This document shows, piece by piece, positions 55,272 through 64,000 of a stretch of DNA of 64,000 nt. Position numbers and translations under genes: made by a program. Source of the stretch: a virus; IMG/VR virus record IMGVR_UViG_3300022752_000019, positions 32,001-96,000 of that record. One strand, written 5' to 3'. Under the pieces are notes generated by a model that had not been told where the DNA came from, searched no databases, and worked only from the letters and a program-made list of their open reading frames with translations. The first letter of the stretch is position 1; each line of letters begins with the position of its first letter.

Positions 55272-58200
55272 AGCCCCAACCCTTGTCTCCGGCGCGGTCA
55301 GTAATCCAACGAAGACGGGCGCCCCGGAACTTTACTTGAGGAGAGACTTCGGTCCGGTAGCTTTCGTTCCACCTATTGTCCTCGACCCTTGGTCCAAGCA
55401 CTCGCTTCCCGTAGATTACGAGATTTGATGTCTCTCCAAACGGAAATGACGTCAACTCTGCTGTCGTAGGAACCTGCGAAACCGTCGGTTGGCGAGTCAG
55501 GCTCCAGATGTTGTTCTCGACGTAGGACAGGTCTCTTCCAGATGAACTTAAAGGAGTCTGGGGATCTGCCCAAGTAAACGGCACTGCACGGGCAGATACT
55601 GTACGCCGAGGCCCTCCGATGAAGCGGACTACCATAGCGTATGCGTAATGTCTTCTGTCCACCCGCAAATCTGCGTCTTGACCTGGAGTGATCTCAAACG
55701 TCTTCTTCTTGAAGAGCTCTCTTCCTGCGTGGACCTCGAGGTTAGATCCCGTGTTGCCGTCGAGCCACTTTGACGTAGAGTTAGTGTCTTGTGAAGGTGG
55801 AGACTCGGAGAGATCGATTGCCTCCTGATGGATCAACTCTCCGTACCCGTACTCCGGAGTGTGGTCGCTCCAAGTAGCGAAATCTCCGACATCGAGGCCA
55901 GTATCGAGAATGCTGAACCTCCAAATCTCCACATATACGCCAGCCATGTCCTCCCACTCAGTACCCAACGAGATGTCGGTGTAGTACTTGTTTGCCTGCC
56001 AAAAGCTCTCCGGAGCGTCTCTATAGATGCCCCAATGATTGGGAGAAGTCGGAACAAAGCTGAGCGATACATCCGCGCCGCTCAGCACTGCTCCGTGTGG
56101 AGGATCAAGAGGGATGATGAAGCCGGTATGGCCTGGAGGAACGAAGGCACTTCGGGAGATGAGCGTATCGGTGGAGCTGATTGCGTCGTTCGTCGTGAGG
56201 TGAGTGCACAGCGCATACCACAGAGGATCTTGCACCGGACTGCTCATTGTAAGCGTGGCCGAGTTTGGTCCAATTCTCAGCGGAGGCAGCGGTTCCGGCT
56301 GAATCCAGAGATCCTCTACCTCAGACTTTACGATCTTGTCGTAGAGCTCTTCCGACGCCACCGCAAAGTTGCGCCAAGTCATGACTTCTTCGTAGAGGTC
56401 GCTGAGCGTGTCGATGAACACATCAAACCGTTCCTCAGTGGGTCGCTGCGCTCGTCGAGGCGGAGATGGGTAGATTTTTCTCGCAAAGCGAAAGATTGCA
56501 TCCCTGTACAGATCAAACGTCTCATCGCTGGGTGAAACAGTAAAGTCCTGGTACAGCCCGTCGATAGCATCCCACTCATCCTGCGTGTCTAAGTGGAAAA
56601 TAAGTCTTGAGGTGACAGCAGTGTAGCTGACGATTCGGACTCGCAAGTCAATCTCGTAGCCCGAGCCGGCCGCAGCGGGAGACTCCCTTCTAAAGATGGC
56701 ATCGACGGCCGTTGCCCAAGCAATCTGATCGGACAAGGTGCTTAGCGATGTCAAATTGAGGACGTGCTGTTGACCGACAATGCACGCCTCAGAAGTCGTG
56801 CGAATTAATCCAGGGCCCCCTCTGAGCTCTTGCATTCCAAAGGAGTAGGATCGGGTAGGAGGGGAGACGTACTCCGTCCCATCGTGGTCCTTCGCCCAGC
56901 TAATGTTCAGGCCGTAGTCGGCGCCGTCCAACATTCGGACATCTGCTGGTCCGAGAGTTTGGAACCCACGTACCGGGTTTGCGTGCCTAAACCCATGGGC
57001 CGCGACATGGCCTGAGACGAGCACGGGCGCACTAATGAACGTAGGATCTACCTCGTGCTCAGTGCGGATCTCCTGAAAGAACACGTAGGTAGAGGATGTT
57101 GCATCCAATGGGATCGTGATCCGCAGCTCAAGTTCCGCGTCTTTGCGGCTTTGCGCCAAAGACGGCGAGGCTCGGTCAGCTACGTTGTCAGAAGACAGCA
57201 GTACCTCGTACGACCCGATTTCGGCCGTTAAAGGATTTGTACTGCTGGAAAGACTTGCGGTACCCGAAGCAATGGTGGTTCCGTCGCAGACAAGGGCGAC
57301 AGATAGGACAACCGGACTGCTTGTGCCGACAGAGGCTGCGCGAATCTTTGCCCTGACTCGAAGGTGGTCTGTCCAGACATACCTTCTGCCACGTTGCCGC
57401 AGCACACACGGAGTAGCGGTTCGATCTACACGAAGTCCGCCTCCGTGCGTGGACACGTAGGATAGTGAGCCTCCGCTTCCAAGTAGCTTTACGATGTCTG
57501 CTAAGGCGAAGTTTGAATCCGCACCTCTGACAGCCTCGTCTGCGTAAAAGGGCGGCCGTGGCTCCTCGGCGTACGAGGCCCAGGGGGTTGTCAGGGATGG
57601 ATTTTCCGCAGTTCCAGACCAGACAGACGGAAGGATTAGCGACGGTTCCGAGCCCGCTTCGTAGTCAGCAGCAGCCCCGATCCCGACGCCATCGACTGAC
57701 AACGACCACTCTACAAACCCGAATGTCTCGGAGCTCGATGTGCGGGCAGCCGCAGGATTGGCGCGACTTGAGAGCGAGTTCGGGTCGGACGTAATGAGCG
57801 GAAGCTGGTTTAGGTCCTTGGTTGACTGATATGTTCCAACCTGAAACCAGTCGGCAATATCCAGGTAGGAGCGGTGCCACCGCAGACCATGAACTCGGAA
57901 AGAAACGGAAGTCGCTGCGGTGATCTCGGCTTCACCAACCAGCGCCATCAGCAGGTCCGTACCTACTTGCCGAATCGAGACGATCGCGTATCGCTCTCCC
58001 TCCTGCGGGTGCCCCGACTCTGTAATCTCAGCAATACAGCCGATGAATGTGACGGCAAGACCGGCCAGGTCTCCAATGGCAAACGTCAGGATTCCAGAAT
58101 GGGGGAGGTTGAACTCAGCAAAGTCGGGCCCCAGCAGGTCGCCTGTTGGATCGCTGCTCGTCTCTGCTGTGGGAAGGATGATCCCGGGCTTGCCGAGCGT

Positions 58201-61200
58201 GGTGGGCGCGGCCCAGTAGGACGCAGAGCTCTCAGCCCAGGTGTAAGGCACATGCTGGTCGAGGTGCGATCCCCACATCGGGTAGATTGCGCGCCCCGCG
58301 GCAACCACGTCCTCAGAGAAGACGCCTCCAAGCGCATGACCGTCGGCCGCAGGCGGTCTGCCATGCACCCAGATAGAGCCGACGGTCTCTACCGCGGAAC
58401 CGAGTCCCGTTACCGTCAGGGCCTCATCGGAGTTCCTTCGAGAAAAGACTGCTGTCGCAGACGGGGTGTGCCCTCCTCCCGCGGTGTCGTGTGCGTCTGC
58501 CTTACTGACTACAAGCGCGGGGTCGGCCCCCGCCTGAGAAATCAGTGCGGCAACAGACCTTCGTTCTCCAGTCGTGTAATCAGCACCGTCAACTTCTGGA
58601 TCGCGGAAAGACGGGCTGTTCCCGTAGCCCTCCGCAAGTACCTCGAGGCCAACAACGCGCGAGTCCTCCGTCGAGGAGGATGCAACCTCTACGCTAATGC
58701 CATCTGCGGGGGCATAAGCGACGACCTTGATGGAAGGCCCCTGGCTTACCGACCGGCCCCCTACCAGCGCACTGAACTCGGAATCGTTTGCGGTAACCAG
58801 AATGCCGGCGCCAATTCCTGCCCACCCGACACGGATTCCATAGGCCGTGTCGCTTGTAGAGTTTGGCTCTGACTCCTGAAACACACTGAGCCCTGCGCGT
58901 GCAGCGTTTGCACCTCCAAAGACGGGAACACCCACGCCAAGCCGCAGGTTGAGGACGCTGAACTGATGCGTTCCGGTGAATGTGGGAGTAGATCCATCCA
59001 AGCCACGGATCGTCATTTGGTTGGGACGAATCTCATAGATCTCGTACAGTCCGGCGTTGAGACCGGTCAGCACACGGACGTAGGACTTTGCCCCGTGCCC
59101 GTTCGCACTTCTCTGCGAAGTGCTGTGATGGGTGATCGGAAACACGGACCGCAGCGCGTCGGGGTCAACTGACGCTGCCGAGCTGTCTACGATTGTGGTG
59201 ATGACACCTCCCGTTGCAAACGACCCGGACAGCACTGCAAGGTCAGTTCGGAGCGTGGTGCCATCGAGCTCAATGGACTGCGTGACGTGCTCGAAGTGCG
59301 CGAACGACAGGTCTCCGCTCTCGCTGCTGTCATTCATCTTGATGTGATGGAAGCCGCCTGCACGAGGCGACTCTGTCACGCTCATGAACGCAGCGCGGAA
59401 GTCGGAGATCAGGTCATCGAAGATCTCCCAGGAAGAGACGTTGTCTACGCCAGCACCTTCCGCGAGAGTTGTCCCGATCTGATGCGGAGGAGGAACGACC
59501 TGAACCGTCCGCCCATCGATCCAGCGGACGATTCTCCAGTCGGAGTAGTTGACTCCGGCGATGACGAAGTTGATTGATCGTCCGAGGTCGGCAAGGCTGA
59601 ACGAGTCCTCACCGGAGGCGCGGAGCAGGTTGCCTGCAAGGATCTCTGCCGTATCTGCCGAAGTCCTGTCCGATGCCGCAGTGCCTACCGTAGGAATCGA
59701 GAACACAGTGAACGGACGATGAGTGGCCTCGGCAAAGAAGCCCGATCCCCTGTCCTGCCCCTGGCCCTTGTAAATGCCACCCAGGTTCATGTTGCGGTGC
59801 AGGTTCCGCAGAACCCAGCCATCCACCTCTTCCGCCGAGTTCACTGCCGGAACGAGCAGGAAGTCTTGCGGGACCGCGCCGAACTCGTTCTGCATTCCCA
59901 GGATGATCTTGATGCCACCCGAGGGAACGCGCGGAAGTGGCGGCTCTGGGGCGATGACAAGAGACGACTCGAACTTGCCGTTCGAGCGGATCGTGATCGT
60001 CTCCCCACTGGCCGGGTTCAGCAGATGAAGAGATTCGGCAGTCTCCGGACGAACGATGAGCATCGTCTCAGAGACCACGGTATCGACGACATACCTCCCG
60101 ATGTTGGTCCTCGGAGTTTCGTCTGTCGCGCCGGCAAGCTCCGCGATGTCACCGGGTTCGACGCCATCAGTCACGAAGGTTGCATCTTCCGCGACAATGG
60201 TGGCCCCGTCGATGATCTCCGTCACCGAGATCGCAGAAGTCTTTGTGGACTCGTGGCCCAGGACGTTCCTGAATGCGTCGAACGTCGAACTGGTAAGAAG
60301 GACTGAAAGCGCGTTGCCATTCTCGTCGTAGGTAGTCTTTGACAGAGGCGAGCCCGATGGAGCGAAGGCGACGGTGCCTACACGCACGACGCGGTTCAAC
60401 GAGAGGATTTCGTTCCACTCCGCATCTACGATGGCAAAGTACTTGGAGATCTGATCAATAGTCGCCGTCTCTGGAAGGTCGACGAAGATGTTCCCCTCGA
60501 GTACCGCGTCGAGGTCATCCCCAAACCCAGTCCGCAGGTCGATAAAGTCCACTTCCCCCGTGGCGGCGTTCTCGATAAGACGTGCGCTGCCTTCCGGGAC
60601 CTCGAGGACAACCGGAACAGCCACCTCGCGGACCATCTTCACCTGATGGTTGTCGAGGTTCTTTGCCAGGCTGTGTAGAGCCCGGTTGAAGTTCTCGCTG
60701 GTCCTGTCCTCTCCGCGCGCAATGAAGCTGGCGCTCGGACGGTTGTGCTGGGTCATCGCACGAGGGCTGGAAGAGGCCAGGTCTCCCGCAGTGACCTTTG
60801 CCGCAGGGTGCGGGCTCACGTAGAAGCCCAGCAGCGGGGCCAGATCAGTTGCACCAAGCAGGTTGAGCGGCAGGACTTCGATGAACGCCTGGATGATCGG
60901 AGAAACAGAAACACTGCCAAGTTCGGTGGACTTGAGACAGAGAACTCCCTCAATCGCAGACGCAGTCAGCGGCACCGGAGAGATGGCCGAAGCTGCGGTA
61001 TTGATGCCGTCGACGATGTCCTGAAGGGTAGGAGCCGACGCAAAGGAAAACGTCACCTGCAAGGACGCGCAGCTTTCTGTTGCGAGCTCGATGCCGTAGG
61101 ATCCTGCGCCGACGTCATCGAAGCCCCCATCCACATTGACATGGACGGAGCCGTAGATCACTGGCTCGGAAAGCACGCGTACGTCGGTGCCGCTGGCGAG

Positions 61201-61224
61201 AAAAGGACGGCGAACGAAGCTCAT
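55270..61224 (-). CDS. Large tail fibre/baseplate-associated structural protein (1984 aa)
   Basis: Acidic, Ser/Thr/Gly beta-rich; 'FNRAL..L..N' anchor-like motif; downstream of baseplate genes. Confidence 0.55.
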   Translation of the reverse strand: MSFVRRPFLASGTDVRVLSEPVIYGSVHVNVDGGFDDVGAGSYGIELATESCASLQVTFSFASAPTLQDIVDGINTAASAISPVPLTASAIEGVLCLKSTELGSVSVSPIIQAFIEVLPLNLLGATDLAPLLGFYVSPHPAAKVTAGDLASSSPRAMTQHNRPSASFIARGEDRTSENFNRALHSLAKNLDNHQVKMVREVAVPVVLEVPEGSARLIENAATGEVDFIDLRTGFGDDLDAVLEGNIFVDLPETATIDQISKYFAIVDAEWNEILSLNRVVRVGTVAFAPSGSPLSKTTYDENGNALSVLLTSSTFDAFRNVLGHESTKTSAISVTEIIDGATIVAEDATFVTDGVEPGDIAELAGATDETPRTNIGRYVVDTVVSETMLIVRPETAESLHLLNPASGETITIRSNGKFESSLVIAPEPPLPRVPSGGIKIILGMQNEFGAVPQDFLLVPAVNSAEEVDGWVLRNLHRNMNLGGIYKGQGQDRGSGFFAEATHRPFTVFSIPTVGTAASDRTSADTAEILAGNLLRASGEDSFSLADLGRSINFVIAGVNYSDWRIVRWIDGRTVQVVPPPHQIGTTLAEGAGVDNVSSWEIFDDLISDFRAAFMSVTESPRAGGFHHIKMNDSSESGDLSFAHFEHVTQSIELDGTTLRTDLAVLSGSFATGGVITTIVDSSAASVDPDALRSVFPITHHSTSQRSANGHGAKSYVRVLTGLNAGLYEIYEIRPNQMTIRGLDGSTPTFTGTHQFSVLNLRLGVGVPVFGGANAARAGLSVFQESEPNSTSDTAYGIRVGWAGIGAGILVTANDSEFSALVGGRSVSQGPSIKVVAYAPADGISVEVASSSTEDSRVVGLEVLAEGYGNSPSFRDPEVDGADYTTGERRSVAALISQAGADPALVVSKADAHDTAGGGHTPSATAVFSRRNSDEALTVTGLGSAVETVGSIWVHGRPPAADGHALGGVFSEDVVAAGRAIYPMWGSHLDQHVPYTWAESSASYWAAPTTLGKPGIILPTAETSSDPTGDLLGPDFAEFNLPHSGILTFAIGDLAGLAVTFIGCIAEITESGHPQEGERYAIVSIRQVGTDLLMALVGEAEITAATSVSFRVHGLRWHRSYLDIADWFQVGTYQSTKDLNQLPLITSDPNSLSSRANPAAARTSSSETFGFVEWSLSVDGVGIGAAADYEAGSEPSLILPSVWSGTAENPSLTTPWASYAEEPRPPFYADEAVRGADSNFALADIVKLLGSGGSLSYVSTHGGGLRVDRTATPCVLRQRGRRYVWTDHLRVRAKIRAASVGTSSPVVLSVALVCDGTTIASGTASLSSSTNPLTAEIGSYEVLLSSDNVADRASPSLAQSRKDAELELRITIPLDATSSTYVFFQEIRTEHEVDPTFISAPVLVSGHVAAHGFRHANPVRGFQTLGPADVRMLDGADYGLNISWAKDHDGTEYVSPPTRSYSFGMQELRGGPGLIRTTSEACIVGQQHVLNLTSLSTLSDQIAWATAVDAIFRRESPAAAGSGYEIDLRVRIVSYTAVTSRLIFHLDTQDEWDAIDGLYQDFTVSPSDETFDLYRDAIFRFARKIYPSPPRRAQRPTEERFDVFIDTLSDLYEEVMTWRNFAVASEELYDKIVKSEVEDLWIQPEPLPPLRIGPNSATLTMSSPVQDPLWYALCTHLTTNDAISSTDTLISRSAFVPPGHTGFIIPLDPPHGAVLSGADVSLSFVPTSPNHWGIYRDAPESFWQANKYYTDISLGTEWEDMAGVYVEIWRFSILDTGLDVGDFATWSDHTPEYGYGELIHQEAIDLSESPPSQDTNSTSKWLDGNTGSNLEVHAGRELFKKKTFEITPGQDADLRVDRRHYAYAMVVRFIGGPRRTVSARAVPFTWADPQTPLSSSGRDLSYVENNIWSLTRQPTVSQVPTTAELTSFPFGETSNLVIYGKRVLGPRVEDNRWNESYRTEVSPQVKFRGARLRWITDRAGDKGWG

Positions 61225-61835
61225 AGGAAACGAACCTCCCAGATGACCCGGAGGGTAAAGTCAGTCGTCTTGGTAACCGGCTCGAAGGTCTTGTAGGCCA
61301 TTGGAGCTTCATCCGCAGTCGCGAGACCTGTTGGACGCGAGGTCGTACTCCAGCCGTTGGCCGGGTCTCCGTCCGTGAACAAACCTGCTTCCGTCAAGAT
61401 CATGTTGTCGGGGAGAGAGATCTCAGTCTGCCCATACTCGCGCACAAACCGAACAGCGGTTCTCGAAGAGGTAGACGACAGCACGGGAAACGTGGCCGGA
61501 ACCTTCAGACGAGCAAGGTACTCTCCGGGAGCGTACGGAACCATCTGCACGAGACTCGGGATGTTGGCAACCTCGGGCTGAGATCCGATACCCACACCAA
61601 CGAAGGCGATGCGGTCATTGCGGAAGAACTTGTCTCCGCTGAACGCCTTGAGCGCAATCAACTCGGAGAGGTACTCCCTCCCAGTGAGGGTCCAGATGTT
61701 GGAACCCTCTACATGCTGCCGAACCTTGCCGCGCTCGAAGCAGTCGATCGTCACATGCCCCTCAATCGCAGGGGCAGACTTTTTGTCCTGGATGATCTTC
61801 GGTCCAAACCAAGGCAGCAGTTTGAGGATATTCAT
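61221..61835 (-). CDS. Baseplate wedge/tail-collar-like protein
   Basis: GHVTI...NIWT..GR; LTEAGLF; YKTF..V.KT...L.V.W pattern. Confidence 0.55.
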   Translation of the reverse strand: MNILKLLPWFGPKIIQDKKSAPAIEGHVTIDCFERGKVRQHVEGSNIWTLTGREYLSELIALKAFSGDKFFRNDRIAFVGVGIGSQPEVANIPSLVQMVPYAPGEYLARLKVPATFPVLSSTSSRTAVRFVREYGQTEISLPDNMILTEAGLFTDGDPANGWSTTSRPTGLATADEAPMAYKTFEPVTKTTDFTLRVIWEVRFL

Positions 61836-62023
61836 ACCGAAAATCTCCCGATGATCTCTTTGGCCTTATCCAGCGTAACACCGAAGTTCCTTGCAATCAC
61901 TTCGGGGTCGAGCGGCTTACCGTCCGCAGATTGTATCCCACCGCGGCGGGCTCCGCGGATTCCGCCCTCGACATGAAGTTCATCTTTGACCTTTGGTGTT
62001 TCTTTCCGGTACTGAATCATCAA
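61832..62023 (-). CDS. Small hypothetical protein
   Basis: 63 aa with 4-nt overlaps at both ends. Confidence 0.55.
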   Translation of the reverse strand: MMIQYRKETPKVKDELHVEGGIRGARRGGIQSADGKPLDPEVIARNFGVTLDKAKEIIGRFSV

Positions 62024-63999
62024 GTGAGCCTACCTTGATTCGGGATCTCTCGTCGATAAATCCGACCCGAGACTTCGCCCGAGCCAACAGTATCCGCAAG
62101 CGTGATTGTTGTGCCAGTTACTCCGATGATTAGCCGAGTAACTGTTCCATCTTCATCTGTATACTCAAAGAAGTCTCCAGGTCGCACGCCAAGGGCTTGC
62201 ACATCATCAGCACACACTACCTCATCGGAGCCATCCAGCGTGAACGCGCTTGCTGGGCGACAAAGCACAGCACTCACGGTTTCCGTTGAGGGGGACAGTG
62301 CGTCCAGGGTCAGCAGATCTCCATCCGCCTCCAGAATCCCGAACGCTCCGAGAGCCAGCGCGCCAAGGGGCCCGGTCACTACGAGCGTGTCGTCCGTCTG
62401 CGGGACCTCAGTAGGTACTCCAAGCACAGTTGCAAATGCGGAGTTCAGCGTCAACTCGACGGACCAAGACTCCAACTGGTCGAGGGGACGGTAGATATCC
62501 AACTCGACGGTATCGTAGCCCGTGAGGCGCTCAAGGCGACCATCCGAGTCTCCATCGAGGTCCTCGAACATCTCCTTGTGGATCTCAATGCTGGTGACAC
62601 TGCTTGCGGGACGGTCGACGTAGACTCGATTTCCCGAAACTCCGACCACTCTAAAGTAGACTCCATCCTGGTCGTAGATGCGATCGCCCTTATCAATGGG
62701 AAGAAGGTCCGCGTCGACTACCTCGACGAAGTCTGTGCCGCCAACCGCAGGCCCATCATAGATTGGGTTCTCCAACAGGGCCCACCGCTCGATTCTGTAG
62801 GGAGCACCCTCCGTGCTGGACGGAATCTGAGAGGCCAGTGTAAGCTTGGTTTCTGTGTTGTCGAATACCCCCGAGGTCCAGTTGTAAGTGCCCAGATCCT
62901 CGATGAGGTACACGCCGCGACTGTCGCCACTCTCGATGATGAGGCGGTCCCCCTGCGCAACCCCATCCGAGCGGAATGACGCGGACCCGTCTACGAAAAC
63001 ATAGTTGGAAAGATCGACATAGTCATCACCAACCGTGTCATCAATCAAAAAGCTGCTCCCAGTGGCGATGACATGCCCGCTGTCACGAAGGATCTGGAAC
63101 TTGACATTCGTGTCCGCCGAGATTGCAGCGATCTCGATAGCGCGTGGTGCTTCTTCCGCGTGCTTCACGAGTGTCAACTGCGTCGCTGAATCGACAGATT
63201 GGATGTCGAACAATCCGTAGTTTGCGCCCGTGAGGACCAGCAGGCGGTCTCCTGGGCGGACCAGATTGAGGCCGTGTACCGGCACAGACCCCGAAAAGAC
63301 TGAGTTCAGGCTGTCAAGCTCGGTGAGGACTCCGCTAAAGCCTCCGCGGGCTGAGGTGACAATGCCCGAGCCTGCGGACATGGCCAAGTCATCGCCCTGG
63401 AAGAGCGTGCGAGTTGAGCGACTTCCATAGTCCACGCGCCGCAGGGCAACGCCGCTCCCATAGTCCACGCGCCGCAGGGCAACGCCGCTCCCGTTGAAGT
63501 CATCGAACGCGTGTGACGACTCTCGGCTGAACGCAGGGTCATCCAGGAAGTAGGCATCCATCTCCAGAGACAGCGCAGCATCTACGGTCACGGTGTCGAG
63601 CAGGGACAGCACAGCAACCACAATGGGCTTTGTGTAGATCGGACGGATGTTTCGAAGGAACTGTGTTGCAAGTGGCAGGTCGCGGGAGTCCACAGCACGG
63701 ACGTCTACTTCGACCTGCCAGGTGTGGTACTTCTGAAGCTCGACCTCGCCTGCAACATCCGAGTACTCGCGCCACCAGTTCGGAGAGATCACATTGTCTG
63801 TGATGATCACCGAGTTGGTCAGCGGAGTGAACGGAGGCAAGAAGTCCCCCTCGGCAAAGGTGCTTCCCGTCAGCGGGTTGATGCCCAGCCCCTTGAACTT
63901 CTCCAAGCTGTAAAGGTCGCTGCGCGGATACCGGAAGACGTTGAAGATGCCAGTGCCCAGGCCCTCGTTGTCCAGCTCCTCGGTCACAACCCTGCCATA
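62020..63999 (-). CDS. Baseplate protein, probable (partial; frame open to the right edge)
   Basis: FLRNIRPIYTK wedge-like motif followed by acidic beta-rich domains. Confidence 0.55.
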   Translation of the reverse strand, partial: YGRVVTEELDNEGLGTGIFNVFRYPRSDLYSLEKFKGLGINPLTGSTFAEGDFLPPFTPLTNSVIITDNVISPNWWREYSDVAGEVELQKYHTWQVEVDVRAVDSRDLPLATQFLRNIRPIYTKPIVVAVLSLLDTVTVDAALSLEMDAYFLDDPAFSRESSHAFDDFNGSGVALRRVDYGSGVALRRVDYGSRSTRTLFQGDDLAMSAGSGIVTSARGGFSGVLTELDSLNSVFSGSVPVHGLNLVRPGDRLLVLTGANYGLFDIQSVDSATQLTLVKHAEEAPRAIEIAAISADTNVKFQILRDSGHVIATGSSFLIDDTVGDDYVDLSNYVFVDGSASFRSDGVAQGDRLIIESGDSRGVYLIEDLGTYNWTSGVFDNTETKLTLASQIPSSTEGAPYRIERWALLENPIYDGPAVGGTDFVEVVDADLLPIDKGDRIYDQDGVYFRVVGVSGNRVYVDRPASSVTSIEIHKEMFEDLDGDSDGRLERLTGYDTVELDIYRPLDQLESWSVELTLNSAFATVLGVPTEVPQTDDTLVVTGPLGALALGAFGILEADGDLLTLDALSPSTETVSAVLCRPASAFTLDGSDEVVCADDVQALGVRPGDFFEYTDEDGTVTRLIIGVTGTTITLADTVGSGEVSGRIYRREIPNQGRLT
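63425..63492. repeat. Perfect 33-bp tandem duplication (GSGVALRRVDY x2)
   Basis: CCATAGTCCACGCGCCGCAGGGCAACGCCGCTC occurs twice. Confidence 0.9.
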
Positions 64000-64000
64000 C

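Noticed and set aside
1-64000. Stop-codon reassignment, tRNA genes, or a diversity-generating retroelement
   Set aside because: Genes tile densely under the standard code using all three stops. No cloverleaf or reverse transcriptase was recognised. The 275-bp repeat pair differs at synonymous positions rather than specifically at adenines.

Overview
The window is a gene-dense, GC-rich (roughly 58-60% by eye) segment of a large tailed dsDNA bacteriophage genome with a contractile tail. No cellular housekeeping context, rRNA, tRNA or CRISPR array was seen. Minus strand 1-39.3 kb is a virion morphogenesis region: tail sheath (partial), neck proteins, major capsid protein, decoration and scaffold-like proteins, prohead protease, intein-containing terminase large subunit, baseplate spike and portal. 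It also contains a 2119-aa single-chain beta-beta' RNA polymerase. Plus strand 39.4-55.2 kb is a replication/recombination operon: SF2 helicase, degenerate UDG, intein-containing DnaB, primase, SSB-like protein, family A DNA polymerase, HU, RecA, two resolvase-like nucleases and a Cas4-like nuclease. Minus strand 55.3-64 kb carries baseplate/tail genes. The main leads are: (1) a K-x-A(S/A/G) motif recurring across more than a dozen head-region proteins, which often marks where basic, lower-GC glycine-zipper modules are appended, suggesting a protease-released polyprotein cargo system for the capsid; (2) the fused RNAP together with a GTCATAA(G/C) motif in front of every plus-strand island, often overlapping an oppositely oriented -10-like box; (3) a structured RNA/micro-ORF region divergent from the RNAP gene; (4) a Thr1 intein in terminase; (5) a UDG lacking its catalytic His. 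All calls come from manual motif reading; no searches were run.
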